From a virus (Duplodnaviria > Caudoviricetes): a DNA stretch of 46,042 nucleotides. The notes under the pieces were generated by a model. The model had not been told where the DNA came from. It did no database searches and saw only the letters and a list, made by a program, of their open reading frames with translations. The stretch covers positions 1 to 46,042 of the IMG/VR virus record IMGVR_UViG_3300044941_000055. One strand, written 5' to 3'. How positions within the stretch are numbered: position 1 is the stretch's first letter; the number at the start of each line of letters is the position of its first letter. The translations under genes were made by a program, and so were the position numbers. Shown piece after piece: positions 27,634 through 40,100 of the stretch.

Positions 27634-29190
27634 TTATTCGTACACGAAATTTATGTCTGTCACATCTGGTCTGATTATTTCATAGTATTTAGCAGTAACT
27701 GTGCTTCCGCCATTTTCGTCGTTGTCAGTCACAAAGTTAATGTTAAATTCTTTTACTTCTTTCAAGTCTGACAAAACTTTTACTACCTCGCTGTCTTTGA
27801 GTGCTTGCCCATATTCCCAATTAGGCAAAGCAAACAAATCTGCAAGTCTTCTTTCAATTTTGATTCTAAGCTCTTCTTCAAATTTTCTGTAGAACCTGTC
27901 AATAATTACGTCAATTTGGGTATCAACTAAGATTATTGTTCCATTTCTGATACAGATATGATCTGTTATCATCTTTCTTTCTTCTAGGTAATCTTCAAGT
28001 TCTAGCTTCAATTGTTCGCCAGCTTCTTCGAGTGCATCTTGATCTTTTCTGGCCAAGACATAAATATCAACTATATTAGCGGCACAACCATAATTTCTTA
28101 GTACGGCTATAGCCTTGCCAATTTGCCCCTGATAAGGAGTTGCAAATTGATCGGCCAGCGTTTTGTAATCCAAACCTGTTACGGCACGATTTTGGGTGCG
28201 AATCCAAGCTGGCAATTTTCTTCTTATATCTTCGATAGTATCGCCATCATAACCAAATTGTGCTTTAGTGTAATTGCTGAAGAAAACCGGAACAGAATAA
28301 TCAAGGCCGGGAACAGTGATTACGGTTTCTGTTTGAACTGCATTGCCAACCAAATTTCCTCTGGAACCACCGCCAGTTCTATAAGATATTTGAATTTTAG
28401 ACCCAACAGAAGGGATTAAGCCCGATCTGTTGTTTCCAAAAACAATATAGGCGGCGTAGTTGGCATCATATTCAACTCTGTATTCTCTTCGGGGTTGGGA
28501 GTCTGTAAAGTATTCAACCTGCTCCCATCTAACTCCATCAACATCTACTCTCACAGAATCGTAAATTACTGGCATGTATTTAAGGGCTATACTTTGGCCC
28601 GCAGCGCCAGTACCATCATTTTGTTGGATTCTTGATCTGCCCTCTAAGCCAATTACGCTTGCATTTACCACAGAATTTGCGGGGATAACAATGTTGTCGT
28701 CTAGTATTGGATTGTTATTGGCATCAGCCGGAAATAATTCCATGTCAATACGTTGCCCGCCTCCGTTTACTTCAATAATGAATGGAGTTGGAATAACCAC
28801 ATCAGTTAAAATTGGATTGTTTAGAGATGCAGTCCAAAGTGACTTGGCGGCAATTGGAGGTTGAGGTATAAATCCTACAAGTTTCGACAAACGGAATGCA
28901 TTGTCTATTTCTGTAACCGTATCAATGAAGATTTCGTTGGCGATTTGATCCATCTTAAATGATAGAGTATCAGCTACGAATGCCCAATTCTCAATTAACA
29001 TCAAAGCCAAAGAAGATTCTACGAAATCACCGAATTCTTTGTCGAATCGCTGACGGGTGAATTCAATCAATCTGGCTTTCATCGACCAGAAATCTTGATT
29101 TGTATAATTCAAATTGAATATATTTGGCTTTTTGATAATTTCAGATTTAGCATAAGGTTGAATATCAAAAGGGCATCCACTACTGGCCAT
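27634..29190 (-). CDS. Baseplate wedge protein (T4 gp6/baseplate J-like)
   Basis: DF.SMKARL, LIE..AFVAD.LSF..D..ANE, FGN...G..P, QNRAVT..DY. Confidence 0.92.
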   Translation of the reverse strand: MASSGCPFDIQPYAKSEIIKKPNIFNLNYTNQDFWSMKARLIEFTRQRFDKEFGDFVESSLALMLIENWAFVADTLSFKMDQIANEIFIDTVTEIDNAFRLSKLVGFIPQPPIAAKSLWTASLNNPILTDVVIPTPFIIEVNGGGQRIDMELFPADANNNPILDDNIVIPANSVVNASVIGLEGRSRIQQNDGTGAAGQSIALKYMPVIYDSVRVDVDGVRWEQVEYFTDSQPRREYRVEYDANYAAYIVFGNNRSGLIPSVGSKIQISYRTGGGSRGNLVGNAVQTETVITVPGLDYSVPVFFSNYTKAQFGYDGDTIEDIRRKLPAWIRTQNRAVTGLDYKTLADQFATPYQGQIGKAIAVLRNYGCAANIVDIYVLARKDQDALEEAGEQLKLELEDYLEERKMITDHICIRNGTIILVDTQIDVIIDRFYRKFEEELRIKIERRLADLFALPNWEYGQALKDSEVVKVLSDLKEVKEFNINFVTDNDENGGSTVTAKYYEIIRPDVTDINFVYE

Positions 29191-29200
29191 TTTTCCTCCA

Positions 29201-29623
29201 TTAGTTTGCTATTGGCACTTCTAGTTTTAGTTCAAAAACTTCATCTATTTTGGCTCTATCGACAAATAAAACTCTAATCAATAGAACTCCATCTGTCTCG
29301 GTCCCGTCGTCGCTTATATTACGACTATTTTTATCAAGACCGTTTTTTACAAAAATCTGGGTAATTGCCACTCTCGGCTCCCAAAGTTTAAGTGAGCGAG
29401 CGATCATGTTTTTTGTTTGCAAAACCAGCTTTGGGTCGTTTGGTTCAAATATCAATCTTCTTAAAGGCGTCCCATAATCTGGCAACATAACCCTCTCGCC
29501 CGGATTAGTCAGCAAGAGAATTAGCATATCTGCCTTCACTTGGTCTATTCCGTCTTGTATAAAGAAGAATCCCTTGGGATTCTTCGTAATAGGATACGGT
29601 ACACCCGGATATTTAAGAGCCAT
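29201..29623 (-). CDS. Baseplate gp25/GPW-like protein
   Basis: LLTNPGERVMLPDYGTPL..LIFEP, WEPRV. Confidence 0.95.
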   Translation of the reverse strand: MALKYPGVPYPITKNPKGFFFIQDGIDQVKADMLILLLTNPGERVMLPDYGTPLRRLIFEPNDPKLVLQTKNMIARSLKLWEPRVAITQIFVKNGLDKNSRNISDDGTETDGVLLIRVLFVDRAKIDEVFELKLEVPIAN

Positions 29624-29631
29624 ATTTCTCC

Positions 29632-31836
29632 TTAATCACACTTCGGACACTTCTTGCCCATGATAAACGGAACCAATGTACAACAAGGGTCGTTTTGTGA
29701 ATAGCTGCCAATTACTTTGCTGCTCAATCTGACCACGTTATTACATGGGTCATAAACCAAAATTGGTCCAACGCAAGGATATGGACCACCACACTGACAG
29801 CCATCCGGTGGCGGCGAACACTCTTCACCCGCCAACAGCAAAATAACATTGGGATTGTAGAACAAATGCAATTGATCGCTTACATTTATGTAAACATCTT
29901 TGGTATAAACAAAGTTTACCTTACTTACCAATTCGATTAGGTTGGACGGATTCTTTTCAAAGTCTCCAACTACAGTAATGTGATTATCATAAGTCATTAC
30001 CACATAGTTTCCGCCGACTCTCAAGAATACCAAGCCGGGTCCACTTGGAGCTTCTTGGTAACGATGGATGTGTGGACCACGTTCTTTGTTGTCATATTGA
30101 GGACAGAAGATTTGAATGTGTTGACGTTGCGTTTCTTCTTGAGAAGCCTCGTCTTTCATCAATATTTCTAATCCATAACCAGTTCTAATTTTCACAAAAG
30201 CCTTCTTAGCTTTTGGGGTTGGCACACCACCCTCTCGACGGCATGGAGAACATTGCTCGTTCGTCCAGTCAATCATTTCAAATGAGTGATTACTGGTTGA
30301 ACGCATAGTGAATCCACGTTTCTGGCCTGCGATATTTGGCGGGCATCCGGGGCATTCTTTTTCTGGCTCTGTGTGGTCGTTCATCTCGAAGAAATTGCCA
30401 GTAGCCGTTTTTAGACGAATATAGTTTTCTTCTCCACGAAGTTGTTTTCCTGCATCCCCCGGTGGGCTTTCTACGTCGCTTATTTCGATATAGTGGCCTG
30501 TTGCTGATTTCCAATATGTCCTGCCGACGTAGTGGTTGTTGCAACCAAAATCAAATGATTTCATGCTGCGTTCCCATTCTGGATTGCCACTAGGTTCTTC
30601 TACAGAATCATCCATTACAAAGGTGTGACCGGAAATGGACATGAATTGAATGCCAGACTGTGGCAAATCACAAGTATTATTTTGTGGTGTTCCCGGCCCC
30701 TTGTAGGGACGACATTCATTTTTGTGTTTGAAATAAGCATTAGCGCCCTTCTGACTTTTGTAGTGCTTAGTGTTTGGATGCCCTGTAGCTGGGTGTCCAC
30801 CAATGATTTTGCTGTTGCTTACTTCTCCTTCGCATTCTGTATCTTCTTTCTTTTTGCCTTCTTTCGGAGTAATGTCTGTTGTTGCTGCTTCTTCTTGCAA
30901 CAAGGCTAAAACAGCTTCGTCAATTTGTTCTTGTGTCTGTCCATCAGCGCCAACTTGCAATCTATTAAGACCACCTTTAGCTCTATCTGGCTCAGGTGTT
31001 TCGCTTACATCTTCTACACAACTTACATCATCATCTGGCACGCCACATTCTGGATGCGACCACTGACCGGCGTAATGCAAATGATCGTCTTTCATCATAA
31101 TCCAGTTGCCACAACCAGACATGATTTCAAATCTCTTCCACCTACGATTACACTTAGGATCGCCGTCCACCATTTTTATCATGTGTTTTTCGGGCGTCTT
31201 AAATCCATAAATGTTAGGATAAGTAATGATTTTTTGTACTTCGGGTTTGTCTGCAAAATCCAAAATTGATGTGAGGTCAAATCCGTTGTAACTTTCGGTA
31301 TTCCACGGCGGGAATACTTGAGATTCATCGTCGGGACCAACTAAATAACCTTTGCGATGGCCTTCCCATACTTTATAATATTCTGGAATTGGGATGCCAA
31401 AATTATGTCCGCCTGCCGGTCCTCTATCTCTATTCCAAGTTGTGCCTATATAATAAGCATTTTGACGATTGCCTGTCTCGAATATTAAACAAACAGTAGA
31501 GCCAGCAGGCGGCACCCAATTTAGCCCGCAGTCATCAAATCCACCCATCGCAGAAATTGCCCCAGCCCAAGGCAATTTTTTGATTGGGGTTTTAGGATTG
31601 TGAAAATGAGGAGTGAAATAACGGATTTTATTCTGCTTCCAAATATCTATAGTTTCTACACACAATGCGGTATACATGCCATACTGCATTTCTGACTGTT
31701 GAACTAGCGTAGAATTGGCTTGAAGTTCAGCACGCATTACGCCACGAACATCATAGGTTATGTTACCCATTTTATTCTTGATTGATTCCAATTCAATTTT
31801 TAACTTCTTTATTTCTTCTTGCAGTTCAGTTATCAT
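29632..31836 (-). CDS. Baseplate central spike (gp5/VgrG C-half-like)
   Basis: gp5 OB-fold LPWA...VPPAGSTVCLIFETGN...YIG; beta-helix-like SGHTFVMDD/TGHYIEISD/TGNFFEMND repeats. Confidence 0.85.
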   Translation of the reverse strand: MITELQEEIKKLKIELESIKNKMGNITYDVRGVMRAELQANSTLVQQSEMQYGMYTALCVETIDIWKQNKIRYFTPHFHNPKTPIKKLPWAGAISAMGGFDDCGLNWVPPAGSTVCLIFETGNRQNAYYIGTTWNRDRGPAGGHNFGIPIPEYYKVWEGHRKGYLVGPDDESQVFPPWNTESYNGFDLTSILDFADKPEVQKIITYPNIYGFKTPEKHMIKMVDGDPKCNRRWKRFEIMSGCGNWIMMKDDHLHYAGQWSHPECGVPDDDVSCVEDVSETPEPDRAKGGLNRLQVGADGQTQEQIDEAVLALLQEEAATTDITPKEGKKKEDTECEGEVSNSKIIGGHPATGHPNTKHYKSQKGANAYFKHKNECRPYKGPGTPQNNTCDLPQSGIQFMSISGHTFVMDDSVEEPSGNPEWERSMKSFDFGCNNHYVGRTYWKSATGHYIEISDVESPPGDAGKQLRGEENYIRLKTATGNFFEMNDHTEPEKECPGCPPNIAGQKRGFTMRSTSNHSFEMIDWTNEQCSPCRREGGVPTPKAKKAFVKIRTGYGLEILMKDEASQEETQRQHIQIFCPQYDNKERGPHIHRYQEAPSGPGLVFLRVGGNYVVMTYDNHITVVGDFEKNPSNLIELVSKVNFVYTKDVYINVSDQLHLFYNPNVILLLAGEECSPPPDGCQCGGPYPCVGPILVYDPCNNVVRLSSKVIGSYSQNDPCCTLVPFIMGKKCPKCD

Positions 31837-31845
31837 TTTGCCTCA

Positions 31846-33288
31846 TTAAATGTAGCGTTCAAAATTACCATTATCATTATCAAACGTCTCAGTACCGCAA
31901 CCAGCACCACCCAATGGATCGCCTTGTCTAAGATCGCTATTGGGCACTGCAAGCAATACTTTTATCGTGGTAGTGTATTTACCAGCTTCAATTTGATGAG
32001 AAACACCCTTGATAAGCCAGTTTTTGTTACTTAGAGTTGGATTACATCTTGGGTTTGCAATCCAAGTGCATTGTTCTAAATACATTGGATTCAACATTAC
32101 AATTGATACTGTAGTTCCAACATAATCTACCGGATTAACATAGTTGGGATCACCCAAAATTGTCAGTTCAGCTTCTATCGCTCCTTTGACAACGTAAGGT
32201 TTATTTGATTCTTCTTCTGCCGCTGCCGAAGATTCTGCCAATCTAGTAGCATTTCTGCCGGTTGTAAAATCTCTAAAGTTGTTTGGAACCGTACCCATTG
32301 TGGCCGGACCACCATCTTCTTTCTCAGGGCAGTTGGGGTTAGCTTTCTCGTCGCTTGCGGCGGTGTTGTCGCCACCCGTAGTACCACCAGAACTGTGTTG
32401 GATTAAAGTCCAGTCAACAGTGGGAGCAAATCCTAAAACATCAGAACAATTACCGGCATTAACCACATATGTCCCAACATTTCTTGCACAACAATCAGGA
32501 TTTTCGTCGCAATGGGCGTTTTTACCTTCAGTAATTACGAGTTTGGTTGCATTAGGGTCATAAAGAGTCAACAAACCTTTTTTGTTGTTTGTTTTTTGTG
32601 TAGCAAGCCATTTTCTGGATGCTGCAAGTGCATTCTGCTGGTCAGTTGGCCATTTTGCCTTTGGACCTTCGGTGCCGCCTATTTCAAATTCCCACTCACT
32701 ACCAAGACCATCCCATTCCACATCAATTGTTGGGCTATTTCTTTGGAAGATAATGTCAATTGCTTCTTTTAATGGAATTTTATTGTCATCCGAGCCGGGA
32801 TTGCCTTCAACTCTGGCTTCTTGGGTTCTAGCCATCAAATCGACACATTGCAATTTAACTTTAACTGTCCCGTTGTCATAACTTGTTTGCATAGTCTTTG
32901 GCAGAAGATGAAGTTCTTCACTTTCTTGTCTTCTCACGCTGCCATCGCACTTGCGAATAATCCAACCAAATTTCAATGTTGTTTTTTGCACATCTTCGGG
33001 AGCTTCGCTAAAAGTTTTGTTTAATCCTCTCACTATTCCAACAATGGCTTGTTGCCCTTCTGATACTATTTCAAATTCCGCACCAACACCACCACCGGCC
33101 ACGCTTAATCCATATTGAAAACTCTTGATTACAGCTTTATTTGGATCGCCGGGCATGGAATCATTAGAAACTGTTATCAACTCTCCATTTATGGTTAATT
33201 CCACAAATGGAGCGAATACAGCACCATCGAGCGGTTCGTCGGGTGGGTTACAAGAATATTGAGATATACACTCATGAGAACAAGCCAT
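31846..33288 (-). CDS. Baseplate hub (gp27/late control D-like)
   Basis: AELTILGDP, WLIKGVSHQIEAGKYTTTI; lies between LysM-like and spike genes. Confidence 0.78.
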   Translation of the reverse strand: MACSHECISQYSCNPPDEPLDGAVFAPFVELTINGELITVSNDSMPGDPNKAVIKSFQYGLSVAGGGVGAEFEIVSEGQQAIVGIVRGLNKTFSEAPEDVQKTTLKFGWIIRKCDGSVRRQESEELHLLPKTMQTSYDNGTVKVKLQCVDLMARTQEARVEGNPGSDDNKIPLKEAIDIIFQRNSPTIDVEWDGLGSEWEFEIGGTEGPKAKWPTDQQNALAASRKWLATQKTNNKKGLLTLYDPNATKLVITEGKNAHCDENPDCCARNVGTYVVNAGNCSDVLGFAPTVDWTLIQHSSGGTTGGDNTAASDEKANPNCPEKEDGGPATMGTVPNNFRDFTTGRNATRLAESSAAAEEESNKPYVVKGAIEAELTILGDPNYVNPVDYVGTTVSIVMLNPMYLEQCTWIANPRCNPTLSNKNWLIKGVSHQIEAGKYTTTIKVLLAVPNSDLRQGDPLGGAGCGTETFDNDNGNFERYI

Positions 33289-33297
33289 CGTCCCTCA

Positions 33298-33621
33298 TTA
33301 GAAAAATGCGCCCGGTATTTTAATGCTAAGACCGGCTTTGTATTGATAAATATCTTTCAAATCATTTGCTTCCATTATTTTCCACCAAAAATCTGGTGTG
33401 CCGTAAAACTCATAGGAAGTCAAATCTGGTCTAAATTCATGACCGCTGGAAATAATTGTAAACTTATCCCTTTTGTCTTTTTTTACTGATGTTTTTCTAT
33501 ACAAAGGAAATGTTAAGAGCTTTTTCTCTGTATAATAAATTACTTCTGAATCACTATATCTGCTAGAAACAGTTACAAATTTTCTAGCTTTGATTTTAGA
33601 AGGTTCAAAATAATTAGCCAT
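33298..33621 (-). CDS. Baseplate LysM-like protein (gp53/tail X-like)
   Basis: RPDLTSYEFYGTPDFWWKIMEAN...G..IKIP. Confidence 0.88.
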   Translation of the reverse strand: MANYFEPSKIKARKFVTVSSRYSDSEVIYYTEKKLLTFPLYRKTSVKKDKRDKFTIISSGHEFRPDLTSYEFYGTPDFWWKIMEANDLKDIYQYKAGLSIKIPGAFF

Positions 33622-33623
33622 TC

Positions 33624-34154
33624 TTATCCTCCCGAAGCCACAATGTCTGCTGCATACGGAAGCTCGGCACTGTCATACACGACCTCAAATGTTAAATCAA
33701 CATCTAGCTTGTAAGGAATATATCCGATTTCATCCCATGCAACATCCGTTGGAAATTTAACAGAATAACTTCTCAGCACACAACATAATTCTTTGTCTTT
33801 CGCCAATAAATCTCCGCATTTAATATGACAGAGCGGCGGCGGAGCATATGGAGTTTCATCTTGAGTTGGATATACACAAGCCTCTAACATTCTCAGATTA
33901 TCCATTATATCTTCTTGATCCCCTTCTTGACAGACCATAAAGTGAACTGTCCAAGATATACTCCTATTTTCAGAATACGAATAGTTTTTAATTGGAAAAG
34001 ATCGACCAATAGCAGTTTCATCAGCATAATTGGCTGATTTGCTGTCTGATATATCTGGTAAAATCTTCATTTTTAAATCTAAACCAATATCGAAACTGGT
34101 AATGTAACAATCATCTAGCGGCCTAAGCGCACCATTTGGTAGTGTAGCTTTCAT
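33624..34154 (-). CDS. Tail tube initiator/baseplate tube-like protein
   Basis: ISDS..A.Y....IGRS.P...Y....R.I, YP...PP....GD motif; directly after the tape measure gene. Confidence 0.8.
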   Translation of the reverse strand: MKATLPNGALRPLDDCYITSFDIGLDLKMKILPDISDSKSANYADETAIGRSFPIKNYSYSENRSISWTVHFMVCQEGDQEDIMDNLRMLEACVYPTQDETPYAPPPLCHIKCGDLLAKDKELCCVLRSYSVKFPTDVAWDEIGYIPYKLDVDLTFEVVYDSAELPYAADIVASGG

Positions 34155-34168
34155 TTATTTCTCCTAAT

Positions 34169-37100
34169 TTATACGATGCCTGCTCCGAGGTTTAATACTT
34201 GTTTTGCCCCCTGCTGGAATTGGTTTCCAGTCGGCCATCTGTAATAGTTGTTTGGCTTCTGAACTATATTGTTCGCCAATGTGCTTTGGCCTCCTCCACC
34301 GCTATTCCCGGCCTGAGAACTCCCTCCCTTAAACAGCTTGAGCATCTGCTCTAACAGAGTAACCATTTGTTTGCTTAGTTCTGTTTCTTCTGATGCCGCT
34401 GCTGCGATTTCGCTTAATTCTGGCGAATTTACCTGAGTTGTTGCAGGTTCTGTAGAGGCCGAATTTTGTCTTACTTGAGAGTGTACATCACTTACAGGTG
34501 GCACCGCACTCGCTGTTGGAGTTGTCGGTCTGGCAGTTGTTGTTTCTGCACCGACCGCTCCGGTAGCTCGCTGGGCTTGTTGAGCGATTCTGCTTTGAGC
34601 CGTTTCGATAGCCTGTGTTTCTGCACTTCGCTGGGACGCTCTTTGAGAAGCAAGTCTATCTCTTCTTTGTGTGTAGGGGTTAACGCCGGTAGCACCAGTA
34701 CGATCTGCGGCTGCACCCATTCTCCGCATTCTTTCTTCTGGTGTCGTTTGTCCACGAGGCATTACAACTGCTGGGTTGAGTCCGCCACTTGCACGATCCA
34801 TCGCAGGGCGTACAGAACCCCGTGGCATTGCACCGGATAGAACTCCTGCCCCTTGATTAGTTCCTAGAGCATTTGCTCTAGCTTGTGAAAGCGGACCAGT
34901 TGGAGTTGTGCTTTTTTTCTCGGCCAATTTCTTGAGTTCTTCTGCTGATAGTGTTTTACTTTCTTGTTTGTTTTGTTCAGAGACTTTAGCTTCTACTTGT
35001 GTGGATACTTCAATACCATCTTTGAATATCTCCTTTAAGGTTTGAATTAAGGCCAAATCAGTTACATACAAACCATTACCCGGAGTGATGGCTGTAATCA
35101 TGAATTGGTCCATATCCTTCGACATGGATGTGGATGCTTCTTGCTCTTTTCTTGCTGTTTTCTCGTCTTGAACCTTTTCTGTAGGTGTCGATCCATTCAC
35201 AGCTTCGCCCCCTGCTGCCGCTCCTGTATTTGCCTGACCCATCTTGCCACCCATACCGAGTGCAGCCAACTCTGCGATTGGCAGTGCCTTCAGCATTTCC
35301 ATATCAATATTCATTCCCTGAAGTTCTTGCATAATCTGTGCAAGCATATCGAGAGAATTCTTGAGGCCCGCCAAAACATCAGCCAAAGAGTTAATTCTCT
35401 TTGCCGCTTCTTCAATCTCGGCAGAAGCTGGCAAGTTCTTCTTGATTGGCGTTATGATGCCTTCATTAAGTACCTTCGAGATACCGTCCCAATAGTAAGC
35501 AAACTTCGATGCTTGACCACCAATGCTTGCTATTGGAGAGAACCACCACCAACCACTTACCAATGGTCCGATAGATTCTGCTATTGTATTGCACACTTCT
35601 GTGGTCTTTCTCACAATATCACCCAGAGAAGTAAGTTGTGCATTAACTTCGTCAAGTTCGTCGGAAGACGGCATCATTCTGATTGGGGAAATAATTCCCG
35701 TATTCAAAGATGTTGCAATTCCACCAAACCAAGTGGCGGCATATTGCGTGAAGGCTCCCAAGAACGGCTGGCCCATTATTACGCCCACCAAATCCATTAC
35801 GGCTCCCGCCAATTTCTGAATAAACGGTGGTACAGCTTTAAGGATTTCAACTGTTACGCCCAAATTGGCTTCTGCCGCTGCAATTTCTTCTTCTGTTGGT
35901 AGAGATTCGATAATTGGCCAAATAATACCCTCTCTCAAGAAGCTGGTGATACTTCTGAACCACGCCTTAAATTGTTCCACCCCAGCCGCCAACATTGCAA
36001 TTGGCGAATCTGCGATACAATCATTTGGATTCATCGGCATGAACATTCTGGATAGGTTGCGAATCATAACCGGCAAGCGGCTGATGATGGCATTCATTGC
36101 CGTCAATATTCTTTGGGCTAACAAAATTGTCTTTGGCTCAGGCAGTTCTGTTAAAATTGGGTCTACTATACCATCTCTCAAGAAGACAGCGATTCTTCTG
36201 AACCAGACCGCAAATCGGTCTTTGTCCATTGGGAAATCGTCATCGAGATAGCCACTGGCACCACTCATCAATCCCATTGTCTGAGACAATCCAATGATGA
36301 TTTTTGGAACCGCAGCTATGATTCTTTGCATAGCCGAAATGATTCTCGAAGCATCCATCAATTTCTTAATGTCTGGGAATTCTGTGAGAACTGGCTCAAC
36401 AAGAGCTACCCGGACGAAGTAAGCTACCCACTCGAACCAACCCCGATAACGGGCTGCGATTTGTGTGTTTTTAGAACCACTGCTTGTGAATTTATCTTCG
36501 GCAAGGTTGTTTATTTCATCCATTGCTTTGCCAAGCCCAATGATGACTCTCGGCGTTGCAGTCAGGATTTTCTCTGCATAAGTTATTGCCTTGGCTGTTA
36601 CTGCTAATTCTTGCACATCGCCCAAGCCCTTGGCCGGTTCGATAATTGCGGTTCTCACAAAGTAAGCTACCCACTCGAACCAACCCTTGTAACGGGCGGC
36701 AATTGCTGTGTTTTGTTCTCTTGTTGTCAAGAACTTGCCAGCCGCTAATTCGTTAACAGCATCCATTGAGCCATTCAAGCCACGCACAATCTTAGGGAAG
36801 GCAATTAGAATGTTGGCTGCTGCACACATAATTTTGGCTACAGTTTGTAACTCACGAACTTCGCCTAAGCCCTTGGCTGGCTCAATAATTGCCGCTCTTA
36901 CAAAGTAAGCTACCCACTCGAACCAACCACGATAATTGTTGGCGATCTTTGTATTGTCTTCTTTGGTTGTCAAGAACTTGCCAGCGGCTAGAGCATTTAC
37001 CGCATCCATTGAATTATTCAGGCCAGTTACAATCTTCGGGAAAGAATCCAAAATCTTAGCCGCCCAGATCATTTTCTTGCCAACATTCTTTAGTTCACCA

Positions 37101-40100
37101 ACTTCGCCAATGTTGCCCATTGGTTTGACAATCGCTTCTCTTACAAAGTAGGCAACCCACTCGAACCAACCCTTGTAGCTGGCGGCGATTTGTGTGTTTT
37201 TGGCTCCGCTGCTTGTGAATTTGTCTTGTCCTAACTCTAGGATTCCATCCATTGCCTCGATCAATCCATCAATAATGGTTGGAGTTGCATCCAAAATCTT
37301 CGCAGCCCAATGCATTCTCTTGGCTACAACCTTCAACATTCCTACGTCGCCAATACCTTCCATTGGCTTGACAATTCCCTCTCTTACGAAGTAGGCAATC
37401 CACTCAAACCAACCCTTGTAGCGAGCGGCGATTTCTGTATTCATAGCTCCGCTCTTCGTGAACTTGCTGTTCGTAAAAGCCAGCAGTTCGTTCATAGCGT
37501 CGTTCAATCCACCAATGATTTCTGGAACCAAGCTAATTGCTTTCTCGGCCATAATCATGGTCTTGACGGTCCCCTTCAAGTTTATTGTCTTGAGAGGTTC
37601 AATTGGAGCAACGATGCCATCTTTAACGAAGTCAACAATTGCTGCAAATGTTTGACGAATGGCCGGGATTGCAGCTTGCATTTGTGTAGTCATTGGCTGG
37701 ACAACTGTTGTCACAGTCTTCTTCCACCACAACATACCAGTGGTTGTCGTTGTGCTACTTCCTTGTGTAAGGCCCATCATGCCTTGCACAGAATTTACCA
37801 TGTCTTCCATCAATTCCATCGCCTGAGACATTAGTTTCAACTTCTGAACTGCCTTGGCAAGACCACCTACATTCATTGCCGATACAGGCTGTACGATGCC
37901 CTCTTTGACGAACTTTGTGATCGCCATAAAGGTTTGCTGTATTTGTGGAATTGCTGCTTCGAGAGGACTTACCTTGCCGAATATATCTCCAAAGATCGCT
38001 GACATTGCACCCCAAGGATTTACCGTTCTCGATATTTCTTGGAATGTTTCCATTATTTCTTGAACAGCGGTTAAGGCTTCACCAACCTTCTTGATTGTGT
38101 TGATTGCAGCTTCTGCTCTCTGTAGGTCTGGGAAAGCGGCTTGCACACTTCCCATAAGTCCACGAATGAAGTTAACAATCGACAAGAATGATCTTTCAAT
38201 ATCGGGCTTTGCCGCTTCTAGTTTTTCAAGCGGGGAACGAGCATCGCCAAAGTTTCTAGCCCACCAACCGCCTCTCTGAGCCATTGGTGCTAGTTTGTTT
38301 ACTAATGCATCCATCATTTCTGCAATTGCAGCAACAGCTTTACCCACCCCTTCTACAATTGGCAATACTCCATTGACTGCTTGCAGGTTCGGGAAAGCGG
38401 CTACTACAATGCCGATTAAACTGTCTTTCAAGAAGTTGACCATGATGGCGAATACACGGCGGAAGTCCGGTATCATGCCTTCGATCTTGTCCATCTTGGA
38501 TCGTGCATCACCGAAGTTTCTGGCCCACCAACCGCCTCTTTCTGTCATCGGCGTAATCTTGTTTGCCAAAACATCTACTACATTGGCAATTGCCGCTACA
38601 GATTCCGCTATGCCTTTGGCAACTGCAATTGCTGAATTCACTTTCTTGAGATTTCTGAAAGCACTTACAACTGGTCCAACAACACCTTCTTTTACAAACT
38701 TAACTACTTTTTCAAAAGTAGCTTGGAATTGCGGCATTGCTTCTTCTAGTTTCTCGGCCTTCGATCTTCCAGAGAAGATAAGCAAGAAGCTGGGGCGTTC
38801 ACAAAGATCAAGAACAACCTTCGTGATGGAATCCATCATCGGGCCTACGGCACCGATTACAGATGCAATCGCTTTGGCAACGCTTGTTGCTTGGCTTAAT
38901 TTCTTGAGGTTTCTAAATGCAGAATTAACCGGACCAACAACACCTTCTTTCACAAAGTTAATGATGGAGTTGAAGCTCTTCTGGAACTTCGGCACAGCCT
39001 TGTCTAGTTTTTCTAGGGTTGTGCTGCCGAATACGTTGTACCAAGATTTGGTTGCCATCGGGACAACAACTTTTTCAATTGTTGTCATAATATCGCCAGC
39101 AGCTACAATTGCGTCTCTTACCAATTTGGCGGTCTTGGTGGCTTGAATCAATCTCTTGCCTTCTTTGCCAAACTGACGAAGAGGGATGATAATGCCATCT
39201 CTTACAAAGTTGGTAATTGTCTTAAAGCTCGCCGCAAACTCTGGAATTGCTTTTTCAATTACTTGAATTGTCGAAGAGAATCTAAAGAATGACCACCAAG
39301 ATTGGCTCGTCAGCGGAACAATCTTGTCATATAGAGTTGTGAATATTTCAGAAACAGCCGTGATAGCTTCGCTAATCTTCTTCACACCAGCGATTGTGGC
39401 ATCTAGTTTGCCGACCCCACCCGCTGCTGCGACAGCAGCTTGACCTAACATGACTATTGCCATTGTCATTCTAAGAATTGCTGGTGCCAACGCTTGGAAT
39501 GCTTTGGCCCCCAAGAACATTAAGCCAACCATAATCCATGCTAGAGGCGAGAAGACCAAGGCTCCCAATAGAGCCATAAACCCTGCACCTTCTAGTACAG
39601 ACTTTGCAATACTGCCAGATGCTTCAATTAGTTTTGAAACATTTTCTGCAACTCCCGCCGCTGTTGAAGGGTCAATTCCACCCTTCATAAGTCCTTGGGC
39701 CATTTCAATTATGACTTGGGCCATCTTAATCATGGCTGGCGTGAGTACAGCAAGTGCCGCCGCCCCCGGTATCATTAACACGGCCATCCACCAGAATGTT
39801 CCAGTGGTCATAGCAAGACCCAAAAGACTCAAAGCAGCCGCTGCACCTAAGCAGGCACCGGCTATTACGCCTGCTGCTCCTATTATTCCAGCAACATTCT
39901 CTGCGATCTTTTTAGCTTCATTTAAATCCAGCCCCGATGCTTTTTGCATTGCTTGACCGAGCAACAAGATTGCTGTCGCCATCAACATCATTGCTGGAAT
40001 CAAAATCAATATTGCTTTTGCCCCCGACCATATCAATGGCACCATTCCCACTGCTGCGGGCGATCCCAACCATATGCCTAGTTGTGCCAACGCATATGCT

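Noticed and set aside
36400-37470. Diversity-generating retroelement template/variable repeats
   Set aside because: Differences are not adenine-restricted and no reverse transcriptase is present
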